Made by a program: the position numbers and the translations under genes. DNA of 64,000 nt from Escherichia coli (GTDB taxonomy: Bacteria; Pseudomonadota; Gammaproteobacteria; Enterobacterales; Enterobacteriaceae). The DNA is taken from NCBI RefSeq assembly GCF_003334305.1, contig NZ_QOWS01000026.1, one strand, 5' to 3'. Of the stretch, positions 1 to 13,342 are shown piece by piece. The notes below the pieces were generated by a model. The model was given only the letters and a program-made list of their open reading frames with translations, was not told the origin of the DNA and did no database searches. Every line of letters begins with the position of its first letter. Position 1 is the stretch's first letter.

Positions 1-639
1 CTTGCCGCTCAGTCGGCGCTTTTGCATCGTCCGCGTCCAGCTTTTCGATAACCCGGCGGCGGAGAGTAAACGGTGATATTGATCGTCATCAAACGGCATA
101 TGCCATGCGATGGCGGCAGCCTCCTGCACGGTCACATCGCTGACACGGGAAACCAACTCCAGCGGCGCGTCCGCAGACACTTTCCCTGGCGCTATCACGC
201 TATACAACCACCCCACCTTACCTGTGTTTTGCATCAACTGCGCTATATCGCTGATATCAAAATGGTAATTGAGTTTATAGCAAGGCGAGCGCGGCTGGCT
301 GACCTGAATTAATGCCTCTCCCCAGCGGAAAATATCGCCCATATAAACATTACTTTCCGTGAGACCGTCGGTTGAGAGATTTTCGCCAAACGCAGGCGCA
401 ACAAACAACTCCGCCTGTTCCGGAAATTCCCGCGCCCAGTAGAGATAATGCTCACGAGGATAATGACACAGCGCTCTGTCTGGTCCGCCGTGAACCTTTT
501 TCTCCGCCTGCTCGTCACCTTCCAGCCCCAGCTCCGTCAGCATCAACTCACCATCAACCTGGATTTTGGCAATTGCGCTGGGTTTGCCTTCGGGATAAGC
601 CTGAATCTTGCCTGTGTATACATCAACCGGATATCGCAT
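1..639 (-). CDS. yiiM: MOSC-domain protein YiiM, 5' part only (runs off window start)
   Basis: Minus-strand frame from ATG at 639 is open to position 1; translation begins MRYPVDVYTGKIQAYPEGKP, recognised as YiiM. Not in ORF track because it has no stop in window. Confidence 0.85.
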   Translation of the reverse strand, partial: MRYPVDVYTGKIQAYPEGKPSAIAKIQVDGELMLTELGLEGDEQAEKKVHGGPDRALCHYPREHYLYWAREFPEQAELFVAPAFGENLSTDGLTESNVYMGDIFRWGEALIQVSQPRSPCYKLNYHFDISDIAQLMQNTGKVGWLYSVIAPGKVSADAPLELVSRVSDVTVQEAAAIAWHMPFDDDQYHRLLSAAGLSKSWTRTMQKRRLSGK

Positions 640-730
640 CTGTTCCCTCTCCACGAGAAATTTCCCCATTAGACCATATTTATTTTATGTCAGGCGTGCT
701 GTTTTCGCGGTAAGTATCCAGGCAGGAACT

Positions 731-764
731 CAATAGCAAACCGGACGAACGTTAGTTCATCCGG
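731..764 (-). terminator. Possible kdgT terminator hairpin
   Basis: Imperfect inverted repeat ccggacgaac/gttcatccgg just downstream of kdgT stop, followed on minus strand by a T-rich tract. Confidence 0.35.
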
Positions 765-787
765 CTGTGGGGATTAAGGAAGCAGGT

Positions 788-1771
788 TTATTTCACCGTA
801 CCTAAAATTTCGATTTTCGCTGCTCTGGCTTTGACTTTACGTGACCAGATAGAGGTAAGAATTGGCACCAGAATCGAAGTCACAATGACCGCCGTCGCTA
901 CCAGCGAAGTTGCTGCCGGAGCCATCGGTTTAAACGCAGGCACCATTTCTGCAATCAGCACAGGTGTCGCTACCGCGGCCCCTGCGGAACTGGAAGCGGC
1001 AATTCCGGCAGTGCCATCGCCACCGCCAATCAATTTATCGGCGATAATCAACGGAATACCGGTCACGATAATTACTGCCACACCCAACAGGATCCCCAGC
1101 AAACCAGTCTGGGCAATCACAGTCAAATCAATGGTATTGCCCAGCGCGAAGGCAAAGAATGGAATCAGCGTTTGCACCGCTTTGCTGAAAAATTCTCGTA
1201 ATTCAGGGTCAAGGTTCCCCAGGGCAAAGCCCACCAGGAACGGTAATACTGCGCCGACGAAAACATGCGGTTCAAACGAGGCAATCCCTGCAGTGCCCAG
1301 AATAATCATCGTCATGAGCGGCCCGGACTCCAACGACATCAACACAAATGCCCCAGCTTCTTCTTTTGTGCCGTACTGCTGCATGATGGAAGCGTAAAGT
1401 CCGCCATTGGTCATATCCATCGCCGCCACCAGCGCCAGCGTTGAAAGTCCGGCAAAGAATCCAACTTCAACACCATGTTCCGGAATAATGCGCGAGGCAA
1501 TTGCCGCAACCACCCACGCGACGGCAATTTTTGTTACCACCAGCGTACCGGATTTACGCAATACCGTTCCCGTCGCGCTTAATTTTATTGACGCCCCCAT
1601 GCAAAAAAACCACACCGCCAGAATGGGCACCGTACCGGTAATCATCCCGTTGGTGAATGATCCAAAATATTTCCCCGCCCCCGGCGAGAAGGTGTGGCAC
1701 AGTGCGCCAAGGAATAGCGGGACGAGCATCATCCCCCCCGGGATTTTCTCAATCGAGCGTTTTATCTGCAT
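788..1771 (-). CDS. kdgT: 2-keto-3-deoxygluconate permease
   Basis: ORF 788..1813; protein from internal Met [13 protein letters not shown] (327 aa) matches KdgT; polytopic membrane protein. Confidence 0.93.
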
Positions 1772-1890
1772 TTCCATCACCTGTCGGCATATTTTTAAGG
1801 GCTGATGCGTCATTCCTCAATGGAGCATCAGTGTTGATGGAAACGAAGATAGACATTCATTTAATCAATAAAAGTGATCAAAACCACATC

Positions 1891-1910
1891 AATTGAAACA
1901 CTGTTTTATT
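1891..1910. promoter_or_regulatory. KdgR operator-like site upstream of kdgT
   Basis: aattgaaacactgttttatt resembles the KdgR box (TGAAACA-N-TGTTTCA), about 120 bp upstream of kdgT start. Confidence 0.5.
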
Positions 1911-1947
1911 TTTATCGGATCATTGTTTTTATTTTGAAATTGATCAC

Positions 1948-1983
1948 AAAAAAACCACCGCCGTTGGCGATGGTTCATTTTTT
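1948..1983 (-). terminator. sodA rho-independent terminator (bidirectional hairpin)
   Basis: Stem ccaccgcc/ggcgatgg with gtt loop, flanked by A-run and T-run; downstream of sodA stop. Confidence 0.6.
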
Positions 1984-2030
1984 AAGCTGATATGCGGCCT
2001 ATACGCCTCATTGCAGCAGGCGGCAAATGA

Positions 2031-2651
2031 TTATTTTTTCGCCGCAAAACGTGCCGCTGCTTCGTCCCAGTTCACCACGTTCCAGAACTCTTTAATGTAG
2101 TCCGGACGGCGGTTCTGGAATTTCAGGTAGTAAGCATGTTCCCACACATCCAGGCCCAGAATCGGGAAGCCGGAAGCGCCAGAAATAGCTTCACCCATCA
2201 GCGGAGAATCCTGGTTAGCAGTAGAAACCACCGCCAGTTTATCGCCTTTCAGCACCAGCCATGCCCAGCCGGAACCAAAGCGGGAAGCTGCCGCTTTTTC
2301 AAATTCTGCTTTGAAGTTATCAACGGAGCCGAAGTCACGTTCGATAGCCGCTTTCAGGTCACCCTGCAGGGTGGTGCCTTTTTTCAGACCTTTCCAGAAC
2401 AGGCTGTGGTTAGCGTGACCGCCAGCGTTGTTGCGCAGTACGGTTTTCTTGTCTGCTGGCAGCTGGTCCAGTTTGGTGATCAGCTCTTCAACCGGCAGGT
2501 TGGCAAATTCTGGCAGGCTTTCCAGCGCCGCGTTGGCGTTGTTTACGTAGGTCTGATGGTGTTTGGTGTGGTGGATTTCCATGGTCTGCTTATCGAAGTG
2601 CGGTTCCAGGGCATCGTAAGCATACGGCAGGGATGGCAGGGTATAGCTCAT
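2031..2651 (-). CDS. sodA: Mn superoxide dismutase
   Basis: Translation [36 protein letters not shown]..., 206 aa from second in-frame ATG. Confidence 0.96.
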   Translation of the reverse strand: MSYTLPSLPYAYDALEPHFDKQTMEIHHTKHHQTYVNNANAALESLPEFANLPVEELITKLDQLPADKKTVLRNNAGGHANHSLFWKGLKKGTTLQGDLKAAIERDFGSVDNFKAEFEKAAASRFGSGWAWLVLKGDKLAVVSTANQDSPLMGEAISGASGFPILGLDVWEHAYYLKFQNRRPDYIKEFWNVVNWDEAAARFAAKK

Positions 2652-2721
2652 ATTCATCTCCAGTATTGTCGGGCGGCCGATTGTTAATGCCGCGTAAGCA
2701 GTTGGTTCATTATAGTTAATT

Positions 2722-2746
2722 AAATGATATTGAAAATGATTATCAA
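2722..2746. promoter_or_regulatory. Fur-box-like site in sodA promoter
   Basis: aatgatattgaaaatgattatcaatg resembles the GATAATGATAATCATTATC consensus, about 70-95 bp upstream of sodA. Confidence 0.45.
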
Positions 2747-2935
2747 TGCCGTACTTTTCGTAAGGGTATGGTTTTGCAGGAAAATGCCCGAGATGTGAAG
2801 CAAATCACCCACTTAATGCCGTGATTGCCAGTAAATCGACAACGGCGGCAACAGGCGAAAGGTTAATCGACAGCACGATTTTTACACTCATCTCGTCGGA
2901 GATGTGAAGCGACGAAAAATGATGAGGATAAGAAG

Positions 2936-3970
2936 ATGAGTAACGCGATTACGATGGGGATATTTTGGCATTTGATCGGCGCGGCCAGTGCAGCCTGTTT
3001 TTACGCTCCGTTCAAAAAAGTAAAAAAATGGTCATGGGAAACCATGTGGTCAGTCGGTGGGATTGTTTCGTGGATTATTCTGCCGTGGGCCATCAGCGCC
3101 CTGTTACTACCGAATTTCTGGGCGTATTACAGCTCGTTTAGTCTCTCTACGCTGCTGCCTGTTTTTCTGTTCGGCGCTATGTGGGGGATCGGTAATATCA
3201 ACTATGGCCTGACCATGCGTTATCTCGGCATGTCGATGGGAATTGGCATCGCCATTGGCATTACGTTGATTGTCGGTACGCTGATGACGCCAATTATCAA
3301 CGGCAATTTCGATGTGCTGATTAACACCGAAGGCGGACGCATGACGTTGCTCGGCGTTCTGGTGGCGCTGATTGGCGTAGGGATTGTAACTCGAGCCGGG
3401 CAGTTGAAAGAGCGCAAGATGGGCATTAAAGCCGAAGAGTTCAATCTGAAAAAAGGGCTGGTGCTGGCGGTGATGTGCGGCATTTTCTCTGCCGGGATGT
3501 CCTTTGCGATGAACGCCGCAAAACCGATGCATGAAGCCGCTGCCGCACTAGGCGTCGATCCACTGTATGTCGCTCTGCCAAGCTATGTCATCATCATGGG
3601 CGGCGGCGCGATCATCAACCTCGGTTTCTGTTTTATTCGTCTGGCAAAAGTGAAGGATTTGTCGCTAAAAGCCGACTTCTCGCTGGCAAAACCGCTGATC
3701 ACTCACAATGTGTTACTCTCAGCACTGGGCGGGTTGATGTGGTATCTGCAATTCTTTTTCTATGCCTGGGGCCACGCCCGCATTCCGGCGCAATATGACT
3801 ACATCAGTTGGATGCTGCATATGAGCTTCTATGTATTGTGCGGCGGTATCGTCGGGCTGGTGCTGAAAGAGTGGAACAATGCAGGACGCCGTCCGGTAAC
3901 GGTGTTGAGCCTCGGTTGTGTGGTGATTATTGTCGCCGCTAACATCGTCGGCATCGGCATGGCGAATTAA
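2936..3970 (+). CDS. rhaT: L-rhamnose:proton symporter
   Basis: 344 aa [29 protein letters not shown]..., recognised as RhaT; GAGG Shine-Dalgarno 8 nt upstream. Confidence 0.96.
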   Translation: MSNAITMGIFWHLIGAASAACFYAPFKKVKKWSWETMWSVGGIVSWIILPWAISALLLPNFWAYYSSFSLSTLLPVFLFGAMWGIGNINYGLTMRYLGMSMGIGIAIGITLIVGTLMTPIINGNFDVLINTEGGRMTLLGVLVALIGVGIVTRAGQLKERKMGIKAEEFNLKKGLVLAVMCGIFSAGMSFAMNAAKPMHEAAAALGVDPLYVALPSYVIIMGGGAIINLGFCFIRLAKVKDLSLKADFSLAKPLITHNVLLSALGGLMWYLQFFFYAWGHARIPAQYDYISWMLHMSFYVLCGGIVGLVLKEWNNAGRRPVTVLSLGCVVIIVAANIVGIGMAN

Positions 3971-4815
3971 TCTTTCTGCGAATTGAGATGACGCCACTGG
4001 CTGGGCGTCATCCCGGTTTCCCGGGTAAACACCACCGAAAAATAGTTACTATCTTCAAAGCCACATTCGGTAGAAATATCACTGATTAACAGGCGGCTAT
4101 GCTGGAGAAGATATTGCGCATGACACACTCTGACCTGTCGCAGATATTGATTGATGGTCATTCCAGTCTGCTGGCGAAATTGCTGACGCAAAACGCGCTC
4201 ACTGCACGATGCCTCATCACAAAATTTATCCAGCGCAAAGGGACTTTTCAGGCTAGCCGCCAGCCGGGTAATCAGCTTATCCAGCAACGTTTCGCTGGAT
4301 GTTGGCGGCAACGAATCACTGGTGTAACGATGGCGATTCAGCAACATCACCAACTGCCCGAACAGCAACTCAGCCATTTCGTTAGCAAACGGCACATGCT
4401 GACTACTTTCATGCTCAAGCTGACCGATAACCTGCCGCGCCTGCGCCATCCCCACGCTACCTAAGCGCCAGTGTGGTTGCCCTGCGCTGGCGCTAAATCC
4501 CGGAATCGCCCCCTGCCAGTCAAGATTCAGCTTCAGACGCTCCGGGCAATAAATAATATTCTGCAAAACCAGATCGTTAACGGAAGCGTAGGAGTGTTTA
4601 TCGTCAGCATGAATGTAAAAGAGATCGCCACGGGTAATGCGATAAGGGCGATCGTTGAGTACATGCAGGCCATTACCGCGCCAGACAATCACCAGCTCAC
4701 AAAAATCATGTGTATGTTCAGCAAAGACATCTTGCGGATAACGGTCAGCCACAGCGACTGCCTGCTGGTCGCTGGCAAAAAAATCATCTTTGAGAAGTTT
4801 TAACTGATGCGCCAC
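3967..4815 (-). CDS. rhaR: AraC-family rhamnose regulator RhaR
   Basis: ORF track gives 3967..4989; the 282-aa form starts at GTG 4815 (..[12 protein letters not shown]..) with GAGG SD; AraC-type HTH at C-terminus. Confidence 0.9.
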   Translation of the reverse strand: MAHQLKLLKDDFFASDQQAVAVADRYPQDVFAEHTHDFCELVIVWRGNGLHVLNDRPYRITRGDLFYIHADDKHSYASVNDLVLQNIIYCPERLKLNLDWQGAIPGFSASAGQPHWRLGSVGMAQARQVIGQLEHESSQHVPFANEMAELLFGQLVMLLNRHRYTSDSLPPTSSETLLDKLITRLAASLKSPFALDKFCDEASCSERVLRQQFRQQTGMTINQYLRQVRVCHAQYLLQHSRLLISDISTECGFEDSNYFSVVFTRETGMTPSQWRHLNSQKD

Positions 4816-4888
4816 CGTGGCTACCTCGGCCAGAGAACGAAGTTGATTATTCGCAATATGGCGTACAAATACGTTGAGAAGATTCGCG

Positions 4889-5725
4889 TTATTGCAGAAA
4901 ACCATCCCGTCCCTGACGAATATCACGCGGTGACCAGTTAAACTCTCGGCGAAAAAGCGTCGAAAAGTGGTTACTGTCGCTGAATCCACAGCGATAGGCG
5001 ATGTCAGTAACGCTGGCCTCGCTGTGGCGTAGCAGATGTCGGGCTTTCATCAGTCGCAGGCGGTTCAGGTATCGCTGAGGCGTCAGTCCCGTTTGCTGCT
5101 TAAGCTGCCGATGTAGCGTACGCAGTGAAAGAGAAAATTGATCCGCCACGGCATCCCAATTCACCTCATCGGCAAAATGGTCCTCCAGCCAGGCCAGAAG
5201 CAAGTTGAGACGTGATGCGCTGTTTTCCAGGTTCTCCTGCAAACTGCTTTTACGCAGCAAGAGCAGTAATTGCATAAACAAGATCTCGCGACTGGCGGTC
5301 GAGGGTAAATCATTTTCCCCTTCCTGCTGTTCCATCTGTGCAACCAGCTGTCGCACCTGCTGCAATACGCTGTGGTTAACGCGCCAGTGAGACGGATACT
5401 GCCCATCCAGCTCTTGTGGCAGCAACTGATTCAGCCCGGCGAGAAACTGAAATCGATCCGGCGAGCGATACAGCACATTGGTCAGACACAGATTATCGGT
5501 ATGTTCATACAGATGCCGATCATGATCGCGTACGAAACAGACCGTGCCACCGGTGATGGTATAGGGCTGCCCATTAAACACATGAATACCCGTGCCATGT
5601 TCGACAATCACAATTTCATGAAAATCATGATGATGTTCAGGAAAATCCGCCTGCGGGAGCCGGGGTTCTATCGCCACGGACGCGTTACCAGACGGAAAGA
5701 AATCCACACTATGTAATACGGTCAT
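4889..5725 (-). CDS. rhaS: AraC-family rhamnose regulator RhaS
   Basis: 278 aa [44 protein letters not shown]..., recognised as RhaS. Confidence 0.95.
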   Translation of the reverse strand: MTVLHSVDFFPSGNASVAIEPRLPQADFPEHHHDFHEIVIVEHGTGIHVFNGQPYTITGGTVCFVRDHDRHLYEHTDNLCLTNVLYRSPDRFQFLAGLNQLLPQELDGQYPSHWRVNHSVLQQVRQLVAQMEQQEGENDLPSTASREILFMQLLLLLRKSSLQENLENSASRLNLLLAWLEDHFADEVNWDAVADQFSLSLRTLHRQLKQQTGLTPQRYLNRLRLMKARHLLRHSEASVTDIAYRCGFSDSNHFSTLFRREFNWSPRDIRQGRDGFLQ

Positions 5726-8738
<3,013 letters not shown>

Positions 8739-8743
8739 ACACT

Positions 8744-8869
8744 GCCGGATGCGGCGCGAGCGCCTTATCCGGCCTACAGGTCGGCAACAGTTGTAGGCCT
8801 GATAAGACGCGACAGCGTCGCATCAGGCATTGATTGCCGGATGCGGCACGAGCGCCTTATCCGGCCTAC
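8744..8869. repeat. REP/BIME cluster (three REP units)
   Basis: gccggatgcggcgcgagcgccttatccggcctac at 8744..8777, an inverted copy at 8793..8828, and a third at 8836..8869. Confidence 0.85.
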
Positions 8870-8912
8870 GGGTCGTGCATCTGACAACACCGAATTTACA
8901 GGAACACAGAAC

Positions 8913-9737
8913 ATGCAAAACATTACCCAGTCCTGGTTTGTCCAGGGAATGATCAAAGCCACCACCGATGCCTGGCTGAAAGGCTGGGACGAGCGCAACG
9001 GCGGCAACCTGACGCTGCGCCTGGATGACGCCGATATCGCGCCTTATAAAGACAACTTCCATGCACAACCGCGCTATATCCCGCTCAGCCAGCCCATGCC
9101 TTTACTGGCAAATACACCGTTTATTGTCACCGGCTCCGGCAAATTCTTCCGTAACGTCCAGCTTGATCCTGCAGCTAACTTAGGCGTCGTAAAAGTCGAC
9201 AGCGACGGCGCGGGCTACCATATTCTCTGGGGGTTAACCAACGAAGCCGTTCCAACTTCTGAACTTCCGGCTCACTTTCTCTCCCACTGCGAGCGCATTA
9301 AAGCCACCAACGGTAAAGATCGGGTGATCATGCACTGCCACGCCACCAACCTGATCGCCCTCACCTATGTACTGGAAAACGACACCGCGGTCTTTACTCG
9401 CCAACTGTGGGAAGGCAGCACCGAGTGTCTGGTGGTATTCCCGGATGGCGTTGGCATTCTGCCGTGGATGGTGCCCGGCACGGACGAAATCGGCCAGGCG
9501 ACCGCACAAGAGATGCAAAAACATTCGCTGGTGTTGTGGCCCTTCCACGGCGTCTTCGGCAGCGGGTCGACGTTGGATGAAACATTCGGTTTAATCGACA
9601 CCGCAGAAAAATCAGCACAAGTATTAGTGAAGGTTTATTCGATGGGCGGCATGAAACAGACCATCAGCCGTGAAGAGTTGATAGCGCTCGGCAAGCGCTT
9701 CGGCGTTACACCACTAGCCAGTGCGCTGGCGCTGTAA
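8913..9737 (+). CDS. rhaD: Rhamnulose-1-phosphate aldolase
   Basis: 274 aa from ATG 8913 ([33 protein letters not shown]...); track ORF starts upstream inside the REP cluster. Confidence 0.95.
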   Translation: MQNITQSWFVQGMIKATTDAWLKGWDERNGGNLTLRLDDADIAPYKDNFHAQPRYIPLSQPMPLLANTPFIVTGSGKFFRNVQLDPAANLGVVKVDSDGAGYHILWGLTNEAVPTSELPAHFLSHCERIKATNGKDRVIMHCHATNLIALTYVLENDTAVFTRQLWEGSTECLVVFPDGVGILPWMVPGTDEIGQATAQEMQKHSLVLWPFHGVFGSGSTLDETFGLIDTAEKSAQVLVKVYSMGGMKQTISREELIALGKRFGVTPLASALAL

Positions 9738-9746
9738 GGAGCAAAC

Positions 9747-10061
9747 ATGATCCGCAAAGCCTTTGTCATGCAGGTTAACCCCGACGCTCACGAAGAGTAT
9801 CAGCGTCGGCATAACCCCATCTGGCCGGAACTGGAAGCAGTGTTGAAATCTCACGGTGCGCATAACTACGCCATTTACCTCGACAAAGCGCGTAATCTGC
9901 TGTTTGCCACGGTAGAGATTGAATCTGAAGAGCGCTGGAATGCGGTTGCCAGTACTGATGTTTGCCAACGTTGGTGGAAATATATGACCGACGTCATGCC
10001 CGCGAACCCGGATAACAGCCCGGTGAGTAGCGAACTGCAAGAAGTGTTTTACCTGCCGTAA
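9747..10061 (+). CDS. rhaM: L-rhamnose mutarotase
   Basis: 104 aa [33 protein letters not shown]..., recognised as RhaM (YiiL). Confidence 0.93.
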
Positions 10062-10068
10062 TTGCCTA

Positions 10069-10104
10069 ATGTGCCGGAGACGCCTCCGGCACAATATTTT
10101 TAAT
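10069..10104 (+). terminator. rhaBADM operon terminator
   Basis: Perfect stem gtgccggag/ctccggcac followed by aatattttta. Confidence 0.7.
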
Positions 10105-10373
10105 TTCGATTTGAAAAATAAACATATTACACCTTCAGTTAATATATCCCGGTAACTTATATTTCCCCGATGCATTGTGAGTAAATCACAAAAATAATGA
10201 ATAACTCATTAATGATTCATGTGGTTTATTTAAATAACCATTATGTGCATTACTCCGCAAATCTGACCTTTCACTCTGTCTCAAATTGTCATTGTTTACC
10301 GACATATCGCCTCTCATCACTTAATCGCTCCACCATTACAATTGATTAAAATATATTTCATGGAGTCCGATTA

Positions 10374-10820
10374 ATGGCAGCTCTTACTGCAAGCTGTATT
10401 GACCTGAATATTCAGGGCAATGGCGCTTATTCCATTCTGAAGCAGTTGGCGACAATGGCGTTACAAAACGGTTTTATCACCGACTCACACCAGTTCCTGC
10501 AAACCCTGCTGCTGCGCGAAAAAATGCACTCTACTGGATTTGGTTCCGGCATCGCCGTGCCGCACGGTAAAAGCGCCTGCGTTAAACAACCGTTCGTGTT
10601 ATTCGCCCGCAAAGCGCAGGCTATTGACTGGAAAGCCAGCGATGGCGAAGACGTCAATTGCTGGATCTGCCTCGGCGTGCCGCAAAGCGGCGAAGAGGAT
10701 CAGGTCAAAATCATCGGTACACTGTGTCGCAAAATTATCCACCAGGATTTTATTCACCAACTGCGACGAGGCGACGCCGACCAGGTGTTTGCCTTGTTAA
10801 ATCAAACCCTCAGCTCATAA
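10374..10820 (+). CDS. frvA: PTS fructose-like IIA component
   Basis: 148 aa ORF MAALTASCIDLNIQGNGAYSILKQLA...; PTS EIIA fold with His in GSGIAVPHGK. Confidence 0.92.
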   Translation: MAALTASCIDLNIQGNGAYSILKQLATMALQNGFITDSHQFLQTLLLREKMHSTGFGSGIAVPHGKSACVKQPFVLFARKAQAIDWKASDGEDVNCWICLGVPQSGEEDQVKIIGTLCRKIIHQDFIHQLRRGDADQVFALLNQTLSS

Positions 10821-10830
10821 GGAAGTGGCG

Positions 10831-12282
10831 ATGGAGTCATCCTTACGTATTGTCGCGATCACCAACTGCCCCGCCGGGATCGCTCACACCTACATGGTGG
10901 CGGAAGCCCTGGAACAGAAAGCCCGTTCTCTCGGCCATACCATAAAAGTGGAAACTCAAGGGTCCAGTGGCGTTGAAAACCGCTTATCCAGCGAAGAGAT
11001 TGCCGCTGCCGATTACGTCATTCTCGCTACCGGGCGTGGCCTGAGCGGCGATGACCGGGCGCGGTTTGCCGGGAAGAAGGTTTATGAGATTGCCATCTCC
11101 CAGGCGTTGAAAAATATCGACCAGATTTTCAGTGAATTACCAACAAACTCGCAGCTTTTTGCCGCAGATAGCGGCGTGAAGCTCGGCAAACAGGAAGTAC
11201 AAAGCGGCAGCGTAATGAGCCACCTGATGGCGGGCGTCTCTGCGGCGCTGCCGTTTGTTATCGGTGGCGGTATCCTGGTGGCGCTTGCCAACATGCTGGT
11301 GCAGTTCGGCCTGCCGTATACCGATATGTCGAAAGGCGCGCCGTCGTTTACCTGGGTGGTTGAATCCATCGGTTATCTCGGCTTCACCTTTATGATCCCC
11401 ATCATGGGCGCTTATATTGCCTCGTCGATTGCCGATAAACCCGCTTTCGCTCCGGCGTTTCTGGTTTGCTATCTGGCGAATGACAAAGCCCTGCTCGGCA
11501 CCCAGTCAGGTGCGGGATTCCTCGGCGCGGTGGTGCTGGGGCTGGCGATTGGCTATTTCGTCTTCTGGTTCCGTAAAGTGCGCCTTGGCAAAGCATTACA
11601 ACCGCTGCTCGGTTCAATGCTGATCCCGTTCGTTACTCTGCTGGTTTTCGGCGTGCTCACTTACTACGTTATCGGACCGGTAATGTCCGACCTCATGGGC
11701 GGGTTGCTGCACTTCCTGAACACCATTCCTCCATCAATGAAATTTGCGGCAGCGTTTCTGGTCGGTGCGATGCTGGCGTTCGATATGGGCGGCCCCATCA
11801 ATAAAACCGCCTGGTTCTTCTGCTTCTCACTGCTGGAAAAACACATTTATGACTGGTACGCCATCGTCGGCGTTGTCGCGCTGATGCCGCCCGTCGCGGC
11901 GGGTCTTGCGACGTTCATTGCGCCCAAACTGTTTACCCGACAGGAAAAAGAGGCTGCCAGTAGTGCCATTGTGGTCGGTGCCACAGTCGCAACCGAACCG
12001 GCTATACCTTACGCTCTGGCAGCTCCGTTGCCGATGATTACCGCCAATACGCTGGCGGGTGGCATTACCGGCGTGCTGGTGATCGCTTTCGGAATCAAAC
12101 GTCTGGCACCTGGTTTGGGTATCTTTGACCCGCTGATCGGCCTGATGTCGCCGGTGGGTTCGTTTTATCTGGTGCTGGCGATTGGCCTCGCGCTGAACAT
12201 TTCATTCATTATCGTCCTGAAAGGATTGTGGTTACGCCGCAAAGCGAAAGCCGCGCAACAGGAGCTTGTCCATGAACATTGA
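10831..12282 (+). CDS. frvB: PTS fructose-like IIBC component
   Basis: 483 aa from ATG 10831 (MESSLRIVAITNCPAGIAHTYMVAEALE...); IIB Cys motif then polytopic IIC domain. Confidence 0.92.
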   Translation: MESSLRIVAITNCPAGIAHTYMVAEALEQKARSLGHTIKVETQGSSGVENRLSSEEIAAADYVILATGRGLSGDDRARFAGKKVYEIAISQALKNIDQIFSELPTNSQLFAADSGVKLGKQEVQSGSVMSHLMAGVSAALPFVIGGGILVALANMLVQFGLPYTDMSKGAPSFTWVVESIGYLGFTFMIPIMGAYIASSIADKPAFAPAFLVCYLANDKALLGTQSGAGFLGAVVLGLAIGYFVFWFRKVRLGKALQPLLGSMLIPFVTLLVFGVLTYYVIGPVMSDLMGGLLHFLNTIPPSMKFAAAFLVGAMLAFDMGGPINKTAWFFCFSLLEKHIYDWYAIVGVVALMPPVAAGLATFIAPKLFTRQEKEAASSAIVVGATVATEPAIPYALAAPLPMITANTLAGGITGVLVIAFGIKRLAPGLGIFDPLIGLMSPVGSFYLVLAIGLALNISFIIVLKGLWLRRKAKAAQQELVHEH

Positions 12283-13342
12283 GTTACTGCAACAGTTGTG
12301 CGAAGCCAGCGCCGTCAGCGGCGATGAACAGGAAGTTCGCGACATTCTGATAAACACGCTGGAACCTTGCGTTAATGAAATCACCTTTGATGGTCTGGGC
12401 AGCTTTGTTGCCCGTAAGGGGAATAAAGGTCCAAAAGTTGCCGTTGTCGGGCATATGGATGAAGTCGGCTTTATGGTCACCCACATCGACGAGAGCGGTT
12501 TTCTGCGCTTCACCACCATTGGCGGCTGGTGGAATCAGTCGATGCTCAACCACCGGGTAACCATACGCACACACAAGGGATTTAAAATCCCTGGTGTGAT
12601 TGGTTCCGTCGCGCCTCATGCGTTAACGGAAAAGCAAAAGCAACAACCGCTGTCATTTGATGAGATGTTCATTGATATTGGCGCGAACAGTCGCGAAGAA
12701 GCGGAAAAGCGCGGCGTTGAAATTGGCGATTTTATTAGCCCGGAAGCCAATTTTGCCTGCTGGGGCGAAGATAAAGTAGTCGGAAAGGCGCTGGATAACC
12801 GCATCGGCTGCGCGATGATGGCGGAGCTACTACAGACAGTAAATAACCCAGAAATTACGCTGTACGGCGTTGGCAGTGTGGAAGAAGAAGTTGGGCTACG
12901 CGGGGCACAAACCTCGGCGGAACACATTAAACCGGATGTGGTGATTGTGCTGGATACCGCTGTCGCAGGTGATGTTCCGGGCATTGATAACATTAAATAC
13001 CCGCTGAAACTGGGCCAGGGGCCGGGGCTGATGCTGTTTGACAAGCGCTACTTCCCCAACCAGAAACTGGTAGCAGCGTTTAAAAACTGTGCCACGCAGA
13101 ATGATTTACCGCTGCAATTTTCCACCATGAAAACCGGAGCGACGGATGGCGGGCGCTACAACGTGATGGGCGGCGGGCGTCCGGTTGTCGCGCTGTGTCT
13201 GCCAACTCGTTATCTGCACGCCAACAGCGGTATGATTTCAAAAGCCGATTACGATGCTCTGCTCACGCTGATACGGGGTTTTCTGACCACCTTAACTGCG
13301 GAGAAAGTCAACGCGTTTAGCCAGTTCCGTCAGGTGGATTAA
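12272..13342 (+). CDS. frvX: M42-family peptidase/endoglucanase-like FrvX
   Basis: 356 aa from ATG 12272 (MNIELLQQLCEASAVSGDEQEVRDIL...), overlapping frvB stop by 11 nt. Confidence 0.92.
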   Translation: MNIELLQQLCEASAVSGDEQEVRDILINTLEPCVNEITFDGLGSFVARKGNKGPKVAVVGHMDEVGFMVTHIDESGFLRFTTIGGWWNQSMLNHRVTIRTHKGFKIPGVIGSVAPHALTEKQKQQPLSFDEMFIDIGANSREEAEKRGVEIGDFISPEANFACWGEDKVVGKALDNRIGCAMMAELLQTVNNPEITLYGVGSVEEEVGLRGAQTSAEHIKPDVVIVLDTAVAGDVPGIDNIKYPLKLGQGPGLMLFDKRYFPNQKLVAAFKNCATQNDLPLQFSTMKTGATDGGRYNVMGGGRPVVALCLPTRYLHANSGMISKADYDALLTLIRGFLTTLTAEKVNAFSQFRQVD

